Part shown: piece by piece, positions 8,192 to 18,077 of the stretch
Layout of the letters: the number at the start of each line of letters is the position of its first letter
Position numbering within the stretch: position 1 is the first letter of the stretch
Virus record (IMG/VR): IMGVR_UViG_3300010354_000057
Location: 1-64,000 of that record
Origin: a virus
Reading direction: 5' to 3' (one strand)
DNA: 64,000 bases
Program-made: the position numbers and the translations under genes
Notes under the pieces: model-generated
The model's input: only the letters and a program-made list of their open reading frames with translations
Told to the model about the DNA's origin: nothing
Databases searched by the model: none

Positions 8192-9277
8192 ATGTATATT
8201 TTGGGAATTAATCTATCACATCACGCTTCTATATGCCTCTTAAAGGATGGTGAAATTGTTTTTTATTTGGAAAATGATCGTTTAAGTAAATTAAAAGAAA
8301 GACAATTTTCTTTAGAAGATGAAATCCTTTGCTTAGAAAAAATATTACCTTATACGAATTATATTGACCATATTGTTTTTGCTTCATTTGGAAAGAATAG
8401 ATATTGTGCTATTCCAGATGAATTGATTATTAATCATATTATACGACACATGAATGTTTATCGTATAGAATATGGTAAAATACATTTTGAATTGGAACAT
8501 CATTTATATCATGCAACTAATGCGTTTTATTCATCTAATTTTGAAGAATCTGCAGCATTAGTTCTTGATGGTGGTGGTGTTACATATAATGATTATATCG
8601 ATCTTCGTGAATCTGAAAGTATGTATTATTTTTCAGGAAGCACATATACTACAATAAAAAAACATTATACTTCCAGAGACATTTATTTTAATGATCTCCC
8701 TGAAAAACATAATGAACAAACTGTGTTTTCTTCTTCATTAAGTTGTGGATGGATTTTTAATACATTATGTCATTTAAATGCTGTAGGTGAACCAGGAAAA
8801 GTGATGGGAATGTCATCATATGGAAATTCTACTGACATTAATTCTGGTGATTGGTTTTCTTATGATGAAGTAACTGATACTTGGTATACAAATAACGAAG
8901 AAATTTTAAAGTGTTATAGAAAGTACTCCATAGATCCTAATGTAGATCCAATGGTTGATGACAGGAAGAATAAATTTGAGTTTGAAAACGCTGCAAATGT
9001 TGCTAAGAAAGCACAAGAAGAAACTAAAGACCACACAATAAGGTTGATAAAACAATTGTTGGGAATGTGTAATACTAAAAATATTGTTTTATCTGGGGGA
9101 TATTTTTTAAATTGTGTTAATAACTATGAGTATTTGAAAGAATTTCCAGATGTAAATTTTTATGTGGATCCCATTTCTCATGATGGGGGAATTGCAATAG
9201 GAGCAGCAAAACATTTGTGGCATTGTGTGATGGGTAATCGTGAACGATACTCACTTAAAACATTATACCTTGGTTAA
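8192..9277 (+). CDS. Carbamoyltransferase N-terminal domain, standalone
   Basis: ILGIN.SH.AS, EHHLYHA, LDGGG, GKVMGMSSYG, SGGYFLNCV.N, DGG.AIGAA. Confidence 0.9.
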   Translation: MYILGINLSHHASICLLKDGEIVFYLENDRLSKLKERQFSLEDEILCLEKILPYTNYIDHIVFASFGKNRYCAIPDELIINHIIRHMNVYRIEYGKIHFELEHHLYHATNAFYSSNFEESAALVLDGGGVTYNDYIDLRESESMYYFSGSTYTTIKKHYTSRDIYFNDLPEKHNEQTVFSSSLSCGWIFNTLCHLNAVGEPGKVMGMSSYGNSTDINSGDWFSYDEVTDTWYTNNEEILKCYRKYSIDPNVDPMVDDRKNKFEFENAANVAKKAQEETKDHTIRLIKQLLGMCNTKNIVLSGGYFLNCVNNYEYLKEFPDVNFYVDPISHDGGIAIGAAKHLWHCVMGNRERYSLKTLYLG

Positions 9278-9303
9278 TAAATACCTTTACTTAGCATAAC
9301 TTT

Positions 9304-10059
9304 ATGGCAAGAAAAAGAAGAAATCCAGATCAACCAATTGGTGTTGGTATGACTACTAAGCAAATGAAAAGGAAAAAACCAATCAATTGGGATTTACTTT
9401 TAGACATTGATCCCCTTACTGATAATCAAAAGAAATTATTTGAATCATATGATGAAGGCAAAAATTTAGTTGCTTATGGTGCTGCGGGAACTGGAAAAAC
9501 TTTTATTACTTTATATAATGCTTTAAGAGATGTTTTAGATGAAAACTCTCCTTATGAAAAAATTTATATTGTAAGGTCTCTCGTTGCAACGAGAGAGATT
9601 GGGTTCCTTCCTGGAGATCATGAAGATAAGTCTTCTCTTTATCAAATTCCTTATAAGAACATGGTTAAGTACATGTTCCAAATGCCAACGGATGCAGACT
9701 TTGAAATGCTTTACGGTAATTTGAAAACTCAAGGTACAGTTAGTTTTTGGTCTACGTCATTTATTCGTGGTACAACTTTAGATAAAGCAATTATTATCGT
9801 TGATGAATTTCAAAACTTGAATTTTCATGAACTTGATAGTATAATTACTCGTGTGGGTGAAGATACCAAAATTTGTTTCTGTGGTGATGCTACTCAGTCT
9901 GATCTTGTAAAAACAAATGAAAGAAATGGAATTATTGACTTCTTAAAAATTTTAAGAGTTATGCCTTCTTTTGATCTTATTGAATTTGGTGTCGAGGATA
10001 TCGTCCGTTCTGGTCTCTGTAAAGAGTATATTATTGCTAAAACACAATTGGGACTTTAA
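9304..10059 (+). CDS. phoH: PhoH family ATPase
   Basis: GAAGTGKT, REIGFLPG, SFIRG.T, DEFQN, GD..QSDL, DIVRSGL. Confidence 0.97.
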   Translation: MARKRRNPDQPIGVGMTTKQMKRKKPINWDLLLDIDPLTDNQKKLFESYDEGKNLVAYGAAGTGKTFITLYNALRDVLDENSPYEKIYIVRSLVATREIGFLPGDHEDKSSLYQIPYKNMVKYMFQMPTDADFEMLYGNLKTQGTVSFWSTSFIRGTTLDKAIIIVDEFQNLNFHELDSIITRVGEDTKICFCGDATQSDLVKTNERNGIIDFLKILRVMPSFDLIEFGVEDIVRSGLCKEYIIAKTQLGL

Positions 10060-10533
10060 ATGACTGATGATGAGTTTAAAAATTTATCACAATTATACGC
10101 AAAGAAAAAATTAGCAGAAGAGGAAATCGTTGTTTTCAATGCTTTTAAAGAGCAAGTTCCAATGCTTTCCTTTGATGAATATGTTGAGTGGGTAAAACAA
10201 TTTGAAGATTTTTATACCGTCATATGTCTCAGTTCTGGTGGTGAAGATGAACATATTCAATATCATTTAGAAAACGATTATCTGGATCTAGTTAAAATTT
10301 ATCAAGAGTATCATAACTCTGATAAAAACACTTTAAGAGAAGAACTGTCAGAAATTATATCTGCTGCTACTTCTTTTTACGAATACAGAGCAAATCAATT
10401 GTTTTTAGATAAAATAAGAAACAGATTAAATGGTATGAGTGAAAAAACTATTGATGAAGCAATGTCTCATTATCTTAATAAGAGAGTTAAGTGGTTTGAT
10501 CTAAGAGACAAATTATTAAATAAATTGAATTAA
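10060..10533 (+). CDS. Hypothetical protein, paralog of 55265..55762
   Basis: Shared LS..YA, VF.AF.E, SF.EY..WVKQ, ICL...G, DY..LV..Y, EYR. Confidence 0.65.
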   Translation: MTDDEFKNLSQLYAKKKLAEEEIVVFNAFKEQVPMLSFDEYVEWVKQFEDFYTVICLSSGGEDEHIQYHLENDYLDLVKIYQEYHNSDKNTLREELSEIISAATSFYEYRANQLFLDKIRNRLNGMSEKTIDEAMSHYLNKRVKWFDLRDKLLNKLN

Positions 10534-10539
10534 TTTTTT

Positions 10540-11220
10540 ATGTTTACACACGTTGATTTAAATCTCCCTAATCTTCAAAGAGAAACAATCGATGGAGTTA
10601 GGTATTATAAAGTTCCAGATAATGGTGAAATTTTAAAACTCTTTTCTATTACTTCAGTTACTAGTCATAAAAATCGTCAGTTTTTTGCTGATTGGCGTAA
10701 AAAAATTGGTGAAGAAAAGGCAGATAAAATTACAAGACAAGCAACTAGTCGTGGTACTGATATGCACAGTCTTGTTGAAAATTATCTTTATAACATTCCA
10801 GAACTTCCTCAAGTTCAACCTTTGTCAGAATTCTTATTTAAAATTGCACGTCCAGAATTAGATAAGATAAATAATATTCATGCACTAGAAAGTTCTCTAT
10901 ACAGTAAAGTTTTAGGCATTGCTGGAACAGTAGATTGTATTGCTGAATATAATGGAGAACTTGCAATCATAGATTTTAAAACGTCTAAAAAACCAAAACC
11001 AGTAGAATGGATTGAACATTATTTTGTTCAGTGTATGGCATATGGATGTATGCTCTACGAACTAACTGGTATTAGTATTAAAAAACTTGTAATTATTATG
11101 TCTTGCGAAAATGGAGAATGTGTTGTTTATGAAGAATATGACAAATCAAAGTACATTAAACTTCTCACCGAGTATATTAGAGAGTTTGTTCAATTCAAAC
11201 TTGGGGAATATGGAGACTAG
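10540..11220 (+). CDS. Exonuclease, PD-(D/E)XK family
   Basis: SITSV, RGT.MH, AGTVDCIAE, IIDFKTS, Q..AY; located between phoH and gp33. Confidence 0.9.
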   Translation: MFTHVDLNLPNLQRETIDGVRYYKVPDNGEILKLFSITSVTSHKNRQFFADWRKKIGEEKADKITRQATSRGTDMHSLVENYLYNIPELPQVQPLSEFLFKIARPELDKINNIHALESSLYSKVLGIAGTVDCIAEYNGELAIIDFKTSKKPKPVEWIEHYFVQCMAYGCMLYELTGISIKKLVIIMSCENGECVVYEEYDKSKYIKLLTEYIREFVQFKLGEYGD

Positions 11221-11479
11221 AATAGAAAACGAATTTGAAAAGGTATTAGAAACTAAGTTTTTTTGTCCGTCTAAATTCGCACAAGAAATCGAAAAAATAG
11301 TTCAGACAAATCTTGATATGAACTATATTGATGCTATAATTTATTTTTGTGAAAAGAATAATATTGATCTTGAATCAGTACCTAAATTAATTTCAAAACC
11401 TTTAAAGGAAAAAATTAAGTATGATGCTATTGAATTAAATTTTTTGAAGCGTACCTCTAGAGCAAAATTAATATTTTAA
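11210..11479 (+). CDS. gp33: Late promoter transcription accessory protein gp33
   Basis: F..EIE.IV..MNYIDAI..FCE.N.ID.ES..KLISKPLKEKIK.DA.ELNFL. Confidence 0.9.
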   Translation: METRIENEFEKVLETKFFCPSKFAQEIEKIVQTNLDMNYIDAIIYFCEKNNIDLESVPKLISKPLKEKIKYDAIELNFLKRTSRAKLIF

Positions 11480-11480
11480 A

Positions 11481-11516
11481 CCATTTTTCCCCGAAAAAAT
11501 TTCGCGGGGAAAATTT
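11481..11516. repeat. 36-bp A-tract palindromic element, copy A
   Basis: CCATTTTT-ccc-CGAAAAAATTTC-gCG-ggg-AAAATTT; second copy at 34987. Confidence 0.6.
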
Positions 11517-11532
11517 ATTTTGTAGGGTTTTT

Positions 11533-12123
11533 ATGACACCATTTGACGTTTATAAGACATATCTATCACTGAAAAATCATTTTACAAAGGATAAGTATGA
11601 TTATCATAAGTATTGTGGTAAAGTAAAAGCACAATTGCAGTCTTTTTATAAAAGAAAAGACCGATATTGGTTTGAAAGATTGTCAAGACAAAAAGGTGAT
11701 AAAGAAATAATAGATTTTTTTGTTTCAAATTTTGTTTTGTGTGATGATCCACAGACTCTTTGGATTGGTGATATGATTAAAGATGGTGAAGATAGATATC
11801 TTAAATGGATAAAAAAGCAACAGTCATTGAGTTATTTTTTTCGGCAAGAGGTAGAAAGTATTTTTAATAAAAATAATTTTGATGATATGTTTGAAATAAA
11901 AAATAATTCACACCCACAATTGATTAAAGAATATTTTCAGGGTAATCTATCATTAGAAACTGTAGTAATATTAAATAAAATATTTAATTTTTTGAATACA
12001 TTTGATAGAAAAATGAAAGATCCTGTATGGGAATTTGTTTCTATGAGAATAAAAAAATATGATTGCTTTCTAAATATTGATATATTTAAGTATAAAAAAA
12101 TTTTAAAGGAGTGTGTATTATGA
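11533..12123 (+). CDS. gp59: Helicase loader gp59
   Basis: Y..YL.LKNHF...YDY.KY.GK..F..RKDRY.F; synteny gp33-gp59-gp32. Confidence 0.92.
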   Translation: MTPFDVYKTYLSLKNHFTKDKYDYHKYCGKVKAQLQSFYKRKDRYWFERLSRQKGDKEIIDFFVSNFVLCDDPQTLWIGDMIKDGEDRYLKWIKKQQSLSYFFRQEVESIFNKNNFDDMFEIKNNSHPQLIKEYFQGNLSLETVVILNKIFNFLNTFDRKMKDPVWEFVSMRIKKYDCFLNIDIFKYKKILKECVL

Positions 12124-12455
12124 GTTTTTTTGAATCTGAAGTAGTTCGTTCTGAGATGGCAGAAATAACAGAACTACAGGAAGAACTTTATAACAGTGTA
12201 TTTAAATTTTACCAAATGGATGATAATGGTAAAATGGGTCATGTTAATCTCCTGCAAAGACTTTTAGATAAGCAAAAAATATTGTATACTCGCCTCTCTT
12301 TGTCTGATGATCCAGAGGCAAAAAAGATGAAAGAGAATATTTCAAAATCTGCTACAATGATGGGTCTTCCACCCAATGTTGATATGAATGTCATTTTTTC
12401 TAACATGCAGCAACTTATCGAAAAAATGAAAGAGCATATCAGCAATAACACTTGA
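12120..12455 (+). CDS. DUF1825-like conserved protein
   Basis: MSFFESEVV..E...Y.RL.LSDDP.A. Confidence 0.8.
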   Translation: MSFFESEVVRSEMAEITELQEELYNSVFKFYQMDDNGKMGHVNLLQRLLDKQKILYTRLSLSDDPEAKKMKENISKSATMMGLPPNVDMNVIFSNMQQLIEKMKEHISNNT

Positions 12456-12480
12456 CGAACCAGGGCATCTGCATTACACT
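12452..12480 (+). promoter_or_regulatory. Sigma70-type promoter for gp32
   Basis: TTGACG-N17-TACACT. Confidence 0.7.
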
Positions 12481-12551
12481 AGGTAAGTGCCCACCGCAGA
12501 TGCCCTTAAGGGCACCCAAAGGCCAAATCTAACGTAATACGAGGTAATCTA

Positions 12552-13499
12552 ATGTCTTTCTCAGATCTTAAAAAGCAATCTTCTCTTGGTTCTCTGACAC
12601 AAAAACTTGTGAAAGAGATGGAGAAGATGAACACTTCTTCTGGTGGTGCTGATGAGCGTCTCTGGAAACCTGAAATGGATAAAACTGGTAACGGTTATGC
12701 AGTTATCCGTTTCCTTCCTGCTCCAGAAGGAGAAGATCTTCCTTGGGTAAAAATGTATGCTCATGGGTTCCAAGGTCCTGGTGGTTGGTATATTGAAAAC
12801 TCACTAACTACTATTGGACAAAAGGATCCAGTGTCCGAATATAATCGTGGATTGTGGAATAGTGGCAACGAAAAGGACAAAGAAACTGTTCGTAAGCAAA
12901 AGCGTAAACTGTCTTACTATTCTAACATTTATATTGTAAAGGATCCTGCTAATCCTTCTAATGAAGGTAAAGTATTCCTCTTCAAATATGGTGCAAAAAT
13001 CTTTGATAAAGTTATGGCAGCAATGCAACCTGAATTTGAAGATGAAACTCCTATCAATCCCTTTGATTTCTGGCAAGGTGCAAACTTTAAATTGAAGATC
13101 CGCAAGGTTGATGGATACTGGAATTATGATAAGTCAGAATTCGATCGTCAAGCACCTCTTCTTGAAGATGATGATGCAATGGAAGCAATTTGGAAAAAGG
13201 AATATTCTTTAACTCAATTGATTTCTCCTTCCGAATTCAAAACATACGAAGAACTTGAAAATCGTCTTAAGTATGTTCTTGGGCAGAAAGGAACTCCTCG
13301 TTATCAAGATCCAGATGAACATGCTGTAGAAGAGGATAACGATCGTGGTTCTTATACTCCTAACTTTGAAAACCGTCGCCAAACTTCAGAACTTCCTGAA
13401 AGTCTTAGTAAAGAATTGAATTCTCTTAATACTAGTTCTTATGATGAGGAAGAAGAAGATGATGCTATGAGTTACTTCCAGCGACTTGCTGAAAGTTGA
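12552..13499 (+). CDS. gp32: Single-stranded DNA-binding protein gp32
   Basis: D.R.WKP..DK.GNG.AVIRFLP, GWYIENS.TT, NPFDFW.GANFKLK, acidic tail. Confidence 0.97.
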   Translation: MSFSDLKKQSSLGSLTQKLVKEMEKMNTSSGGADERLWKPEMDKTGNGYAVIRFLPAPEGEDLPWVKMYAHGFQGPGGWYIENSLTTIGQKDPVSEYNRGLWNSGNEKDKETVRKQKRKLSYYSNIYIVKDPANPSNEGKVFLFKYGAKIFDKVMAAMQPEFEDETPINPFDFWQGANFKLKIRKVDGYWNYDKSEFDRQAPLLEDDDAMEAIWKKEYSLTQLISPSEFKTYEELENRLKYVLGQKGTPRYQDPDEHAVEEDNDRGSYTPNFENRRQTSELPESLSKELNSLNTSSYDEEEEDDAMSYFQRLAES

Positions 13500-15842
13500 T
13501 TATTCATAAAATCTAGGGTTATCACCTTTCTTTAAGGTTCTGGACACGTATTGTTCAGAACCTTCTTTGTATGACATTAATTTTTCTATGTCATCAAATA
13601 TAATATTTAAGTACCTTGGTTTGAGTAAATAAATTTGTCTTTTTTTATTTTCTATCTTCAATTCATATTCATAGTTTGTTATTGGAATAGAACAATCGTA
13701 ACCTGGTATTTCTACATCTATACCTAATCCATTATCTCTGTATATTATTCCCTTTGTTACTTTTTTGTACCAATTAAATCCATTAAATCTCCATTTTGTC
13801 CCTTTACTTTCATAGATTTCTCCAACTTGAGGTTCGTAAATATTCCCAGGGGGGCCTATTGATACTGATGGTTGAGATGTGTATCCACTTCCTTTTTCAG
13901 TAATAACAATTTGTTCTATTCCTCCTTGGAAAATCTTTGCATATCCTTCTGCTTTAATTGGAGTTGGTGGACTTGAAAATACAATAATTGGATTAGATCT
14001 GTAGTTATAACCAGGATCTGTAACTACAACTTCAGATACCTCTCCATTGTTTACTACTGCATATCCAACTGCTGTTCTTGCTGGGATTGGTGGTTGTATT
14101 GTGACTGTCGGTGGGGATGCATATCCCCCTCCAGGATTTGTAACTACTATTTGTACAATTCTTTCAGATCCTATGACAGCATATCCTCTTGCAGTTAAAT
14201 CGATGTTATAATTATATACTTTTCTATTTTGTGCTCCAGAAATAAACAGTCTTGTTTTATCCGAATTTATATAAAGATCTGTTATTGCATTATCTTGTGT
14301 TGAAGCATTTAATTGTGTTACTAGAGTAGCACTACTTACTGTCCATGGAGATGTCAAATTAAAAACATATGCTTTGTCAGTTGTGTTACCTGCTGCATAT
14401 AATTGAGTTCCATCATCACTAAATGAAAATCCTAGAAACCAATCTTCTCCAGTTAAACTGAATAAGTTTACAACATCAACTTCTACGGCAGATTTGGTTG
14501 CAATGTTCCATGCAGTACTCAACGAATACTTTCTTATAGAATCTGGATTATTTGCATCCAAGATAAACATAAATTTTCCATTGTCCTGAAGTCTTATTCC
14601 TGATGGTGCAGGAACAGAAACACTAGTTACAAAAGTTGCTGTACTAATATTCCATGCAGTTGATAAATTGTATGATGCTACTCTATATCCAGATGCGGTT
14701 AATCCAGAAACATACATTACTCTACCATCTGGTTTAAATTCAACACCAGTAGCATATGTAAAGTTTATTCCTGTAGTTAATGTGTACGATCTTACAAAAG
14801 TTCCTGATGTAATATCCCATGGAGTAGACAAACTATACTGTTCTATTTTTCCTTGAGTATATCCTAGATCTCCATGTGCGGTGAATAAGTAAGAACCATC
14901 AGCGGAAACGTACATTCCTTCTAAACCCTCGCCAGTTGTGAATGATGATTGATTTAAGAATGCTGCATTCCCTACAATATTTTCTGGTGTTGAAAATGTA
15001 ACTGTTGGTACAAACGTATATCCTGCTCCACCACTTTGGATACCAACACTGGTGACTGATCCACCTATTCCTATAACAGCATTTACAACTGGTGGAACTG
15101 TTGGTGGTGGATTTGAAAATGTAACCGTTGGTTGTGCAGTATATCCTTTGCCTTTATTTGTAATTGTAATTATTCCTACTTCTCTTTCTCCTGGAATTAT
15201 AGATAAGTTTGCTATTGCTGTAGCAGTAACTACTTGATCTGGATTTGAGAAATTAACTCCTGGTGCAATTGTGTAACCAGTTCCAACTTCATTTATTGTT
15301 ACTGATAGGATTTGTGTATTTGAAACTGTAACAGTTCCCGTTGCATTTTTTCCAGGTATTGGTTTTGGTAGGACCACATTGGTATTAGGTTCTACCAAAT
15401 ATTGTGGGGCATTATAAAAAAGTTCATCAACTATTAGTCCAGGTTTTACAATAGTTACTTTATCTGTTGACTTATATTCTATTGTTTCGTAGTGATGTAT
15501 TCCATTATATAAGTTATCATATGATCCATATTTTGAAAGTAAATATTTGTCTAGTTGATCCTGTGATTTCGGCCATTCATCATACACATTCATGATATTA
15601 TTTGACATTAAAACAACCCAATCTAAATTTTCATCTCCATAAAATTCGTAAGCAACATTATCAGGTCTATCGTCACCAACAATATTGTATTTTTCAAAGA
15701 ACGATATATTATTAAAAATGTCCTCTCTTACCTTTGCTCTCAAAAATAAGTTTTTTACTTCAATGTAATCATTAGTAGAACGATTATCTTTTAATCTACT
15801 TACGTAGTCTAAATTTGGAACTTTTGAAAAATAGTTTGACAT
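13500..15842 (-). CDS. gp53: Baseplate wedge protein gp53 with a large internal insertion
   Basis: N-terminal YF..P..VKNLF.R..DRPD.VA..YG..LDWVVL.SN..HHYET and C-terminal TNYEYE..EN.KRQIYLLKP.Y flank about 550 aa of repeats. Confidence 0.88.
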   Translation of the reverse strand: MSNYFSKVPNLDYVSRLKDNRSTNDYIEVKNLFLRAKVREDIFNNISFFEKYNIVGDDRPDNVAYEFYGDENLDWVVLMSNNIMNVYDEWPKSQDQLDKYLLSKYGSYDNLYNGIHHYETIEYKSTDKVTIVKPGLIVDELFYNAPQYLVEPNTNVVLPKPIPGKNATGTVTVSNTQILSVTINEVGTGYTIAPGVNFSNPDQVVTATAIANLSIIPGEREVGIITITNKGKGYTAQPTVTFSNPPPTVPPVVNAVIGIGGSVTSVGIQSGGAGYTFVPTVTFSTPENIVGNAAFLNQSSFTTGEGLEGMYVSADGSYLFTAHGDLGYTQGKIEQYSLSTPWDITSGTFVRSYTLTTGINFTYATGVEFKPDGRVMYVSGLTASGYRVASYNLSTAWNISTATFVTSVSVPAPSGIRLQDNGKFMFILDANNPDSIRKYSLSTAWNIATKSAVEVDVVNLFSLTGEDWFLGFSFSDDGTQLYAAGNTTDKAYVFNLTSPWTVSSATLVTQLNASTQDNAITDLYINSDKTRLFISGAQNRKVYNYNIDLTARGYAVIGSERIVQIVVTNPGGGYASPPTVTIQPPIPARTAVGYAVVNNGEVSEVVVTDPGYNYRSNPIIVFSSPPTPIKAEGYAKIFQGGIEQIVITEKGSGYTSQPSVSIGPPGNIYEPQVGEIYESKGTKWRFNGFNWYKKVTKGIIYRDNGLGIDVEIPGYDCSIPITNYEYELKIENKKRQIYLLKPRYLNIIFDDIEKLMSYKEGSEQYVSRTLKKGDNPRFYE

Positions 15843-15844
15843 TT

Positions 15845-17203
15845 TTAGTAACCTATTGATTTAGTATCTGATGGATATTCGTCTTCATATACTGGCTCAA
15901 GTTCCATAAATTGCATTTGAAGACCATATGAAACCATAGTTCCGTCTTCATCAAATGCCATATAACTTCCTTCTGGAGTGTAATCTACATTAAAAGATTG
16001 TAAAGCGCATTTTTTAATTAAGTTTAGTCCAGGGTGAGGTGTTGACCCATTATCACCATTCCCTTTAAAAACATATTCAATTTGAAATACATGTGGTGCT
16101 TTTAGAAATAAATTTGCTTCACTTCTTTGGACTGCCATTCCTTGTTTAAAAAATCTTATTATTGCTTTAATTTCTTCTGCTTCATCTTTATTTCGTGCTG
16201 ATAATTTAAACGCAAAATTAAAAGGTCTTAATGAGGGACCTTCAAAAAGTAATTCAGTATTTGGGTTTAAAATTGCACCATATAATCTTGATTGTAAATT
16301 GCTAGTGCCAGTGGCTTGTTCAGTAAAGTATGTTGCTATTACGGATTTAATTGAATCATTTACTTGTTGATTTTGTGTAATACCTTGTGCAGTATTAAAT
16401 GCCTGATTAAATGCTTCTTGAACTCCTCCAGTAATTCCTTCCAAAGCAATTCCAGCAGTCATTAATTGAAATGCGTTCATGGTATCTTCATTCCATTTCA
16501 CTGCATTGCTATCTGAAATTTGTGATTGAATTGGTAATTTTACTGTCCCTAAAGTGCTTTTTGAAAATGATCTATCTTCAAATCCAATGCCTGTGGATTT
16601 TATTGCTCTAGTACCATATTCTAGTATTGAAAATTTCACATAATCGTGTTTTTGTTGACCAACTGATTTTGGATACACCCAGTTTCCATAGTCTCCTCTT
16701 TTACCTGCTTTTCCAGCAACACTGAATGAATTTATTTGATTTGGGTTTAATCCAGAAAATCCGCCTCCTCCACCAGTAGATCCATTTTCACCATCACCAG
16801 TATTAGTAGATCCACCAGAAGATTGTTCTGGTTGTGCTGGCGCTTGATTTCCTACCCAAGTATTATATGGTTTAAAACTATTTGAACTTAAAAACCCTTG
16901 TTTTTGATCTTGTGGTAATTTATTAATTATTGCTGTTGTATTCTTAGTAAACGTTTCTGAATTTTGATTTAGAAATGCTCCTATCGAAGTATTATCAGAT
17001 CCAACAGTTGTCGTAGCGTCTAAAGGAGACCAAGAATTATTTGTAGCATTCCAAGTAGCAACAACACTTCCATTTTGATCTACTATATTTGGTGCTGAAT
17101 TTGGGTTTTGTGGATTTATTTGTACACCAAATCTACCCGTTCCAGTTCCAGTTTTAACTGGGAACAGTGTAGTTTGACTGGTAGGTGTATTTTGTATGGG
17201 CAC
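15845..17203 (-). CDS. gp48: Baseplate tail-tube cap gp48
   Basis: LP....D.N.V.W, NPN.ELLF.GP.LR.F.F.FK, IIRFFK..M, C.L....VDY.P.G, F.ELEP. Confidence 0.88.
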   Translation of the reverse strand: MPIQNTPTSQTTLFPVKTGTGTGRFGVQINPQNPNSAPNIVDQNGSVVATWNATNNSWSPLDATTTVGSDNTSIGAFLNQNSETFTKNTTAIINKLPQDQKQGFLSSNSFKPYNTWVGNQAPAQPEQSSGGSTNTGDGENGSTGGGGGFSGLNPNQINSFSVAGKAGKRGDYGNWVYPKSVGQQKHDYVKFSILEYGTRAIKSTGIGFEDRSFSKSTLGTVKLPIQSQISDSNAVKWNEDTMNAFQLMTAGIALEGITGGVQEAFNQAFNTAQGITQNQQVNDSIKSVIATYFTEQATGTSNLQSRLYGAILNPNTELLFEGPSLRPFNFAFKLSARNKDEAEEIKAIIRFFKQGMAVQRSEANLFLKAPHVFQIEYVFKGNGDNGSTPHPGLNLIKKCALQSFNVDYTPEGSYMAFDEDGTMVSYGLQMQFMELEPVYEDEYPSDTKSIGY

Positions 17204-17236
17204 TATTAGTCTTCCTTTTTCAAGAAGAGGTTGTAT

Positions 17237-17593
17237 TTATTTAGTAATGAATTTGGCGTATTGAATATTTTGTAAATCGTTTAATTCATTATTTCTTACA
17301 TGGTGTAATTGTCCAACAACTTCTATCCAAGTATAGTTTCTTTGCTCTCTCCAATGATAATTATATCCTTTAAATCCCCATCGTTGAACTTCTAAACATG
17401 TAATTAATGGGTGTTGGTCATATGTTATATCTGGAGTTTTTGGTCTATAAACAAAAGTATAATGCTTTCCTGGAGTTGGAATTAAATCAATTTCTTTTAA
17501 TGCATCCATGATGTAAATCATCAAGTCTTCTGGATCAGTTACTCTTTTGATTTTTGATTTTAATAATTTAATTCTGTTTATTTGTTTTGCCAT
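17237..17593 (-). CDS. gp2: DNA end protector gp2-like
   Basis: G..YTF.Y.PKT...YDQHPL, GF.G.N.HW; synteny between gp4 and gp48. Confidence 0.7.
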   Translation of the reverse strand: MAKQINRIKLLKSKIKRVTDPEDLMIYIMDALKEIDLIPTPGKHYTFVYRPKTPDITYDQHPLITCLEVQRWGFKGYNYHWREQRNYTWIEVVGQLHHVRNNELNDLQNIQYAKFITK

Positions 17594-18036
17594 TAATTAA
17601 TACCTAGATCGTCTTCGGTAATAATTTTGAATTCTAATAATCTATCCTCACACCATTCTTTTGCTGCTTTCCATTTTGCTTTATTGACTTCATATGTTTT
17701 TGCTTCGTAAATAAAACTTTTTGTCACTCTTGATTTTTTTATTGGAGGTAATGTTTGTCTTTTGGGTTTAACTTCTATGACATAAGTTTTTATTGAACCA
17801 GATTTATCCTTCATTTTGACTATAAAATCTGGGTAATATCTATGAATTCTTTTATCTATTGGTGATATGTATGGAATGAAAAATTCTTCACTTGCCCATT
17901 CAAGAATGTTTTCATTTACATCACACCACTTACAAAATTTTCTTTCCCAACTACTTCTACAAATTATATTGTTGGGATTTCCCTTATATTTGTCTGGATT
18001 TGATGGGTGATATTTACTTTTTATACTTTCTCCCAT
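17593..18036 (-). CDS. gp4: Head completion nuclease gp4
   Basis: P.NP.KY.G, RSSWE..FC.WCD, W.SEE..IPY.SP, RY.PDF, EVKP, N.AKW.AA. Confidence 0.93.
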   Translation of the reverse strand: MGESIKSKYHPSNPDKYKGNPNNIICRSSWERKFCKWCDVNENILEWASEEFFIPYISPIDKRIHRYYPDFIVKMKDKSGSIKTYVIEVKPKRQTLPPIKKSRVTKSFIYEAKTYEVNKAKWKAAKEWCEDRLLEFKIITEDDLGIN

Positions 18037-18068
18037 TATCTTGACTACATATAATATAATAGTAATCT

Positions 18069-18076
18069 TATTTATA
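18069..18076 (-). promoter_or_regulatory. T4-type late promoter for the gp4-gp2-gp48-gp53 operon
   Basis: TATAAATA on the minus strand, about 30 nt upstream of the gp4 start. Confidence 0.7.
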
Positions 18077-18077
18077 G

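Noticed and set aside
6641-13499. Introns or inteins in thyX, phoH or gp32
   Set aside because: ORFs are continuous and of ordinary length, with no splicing motifs
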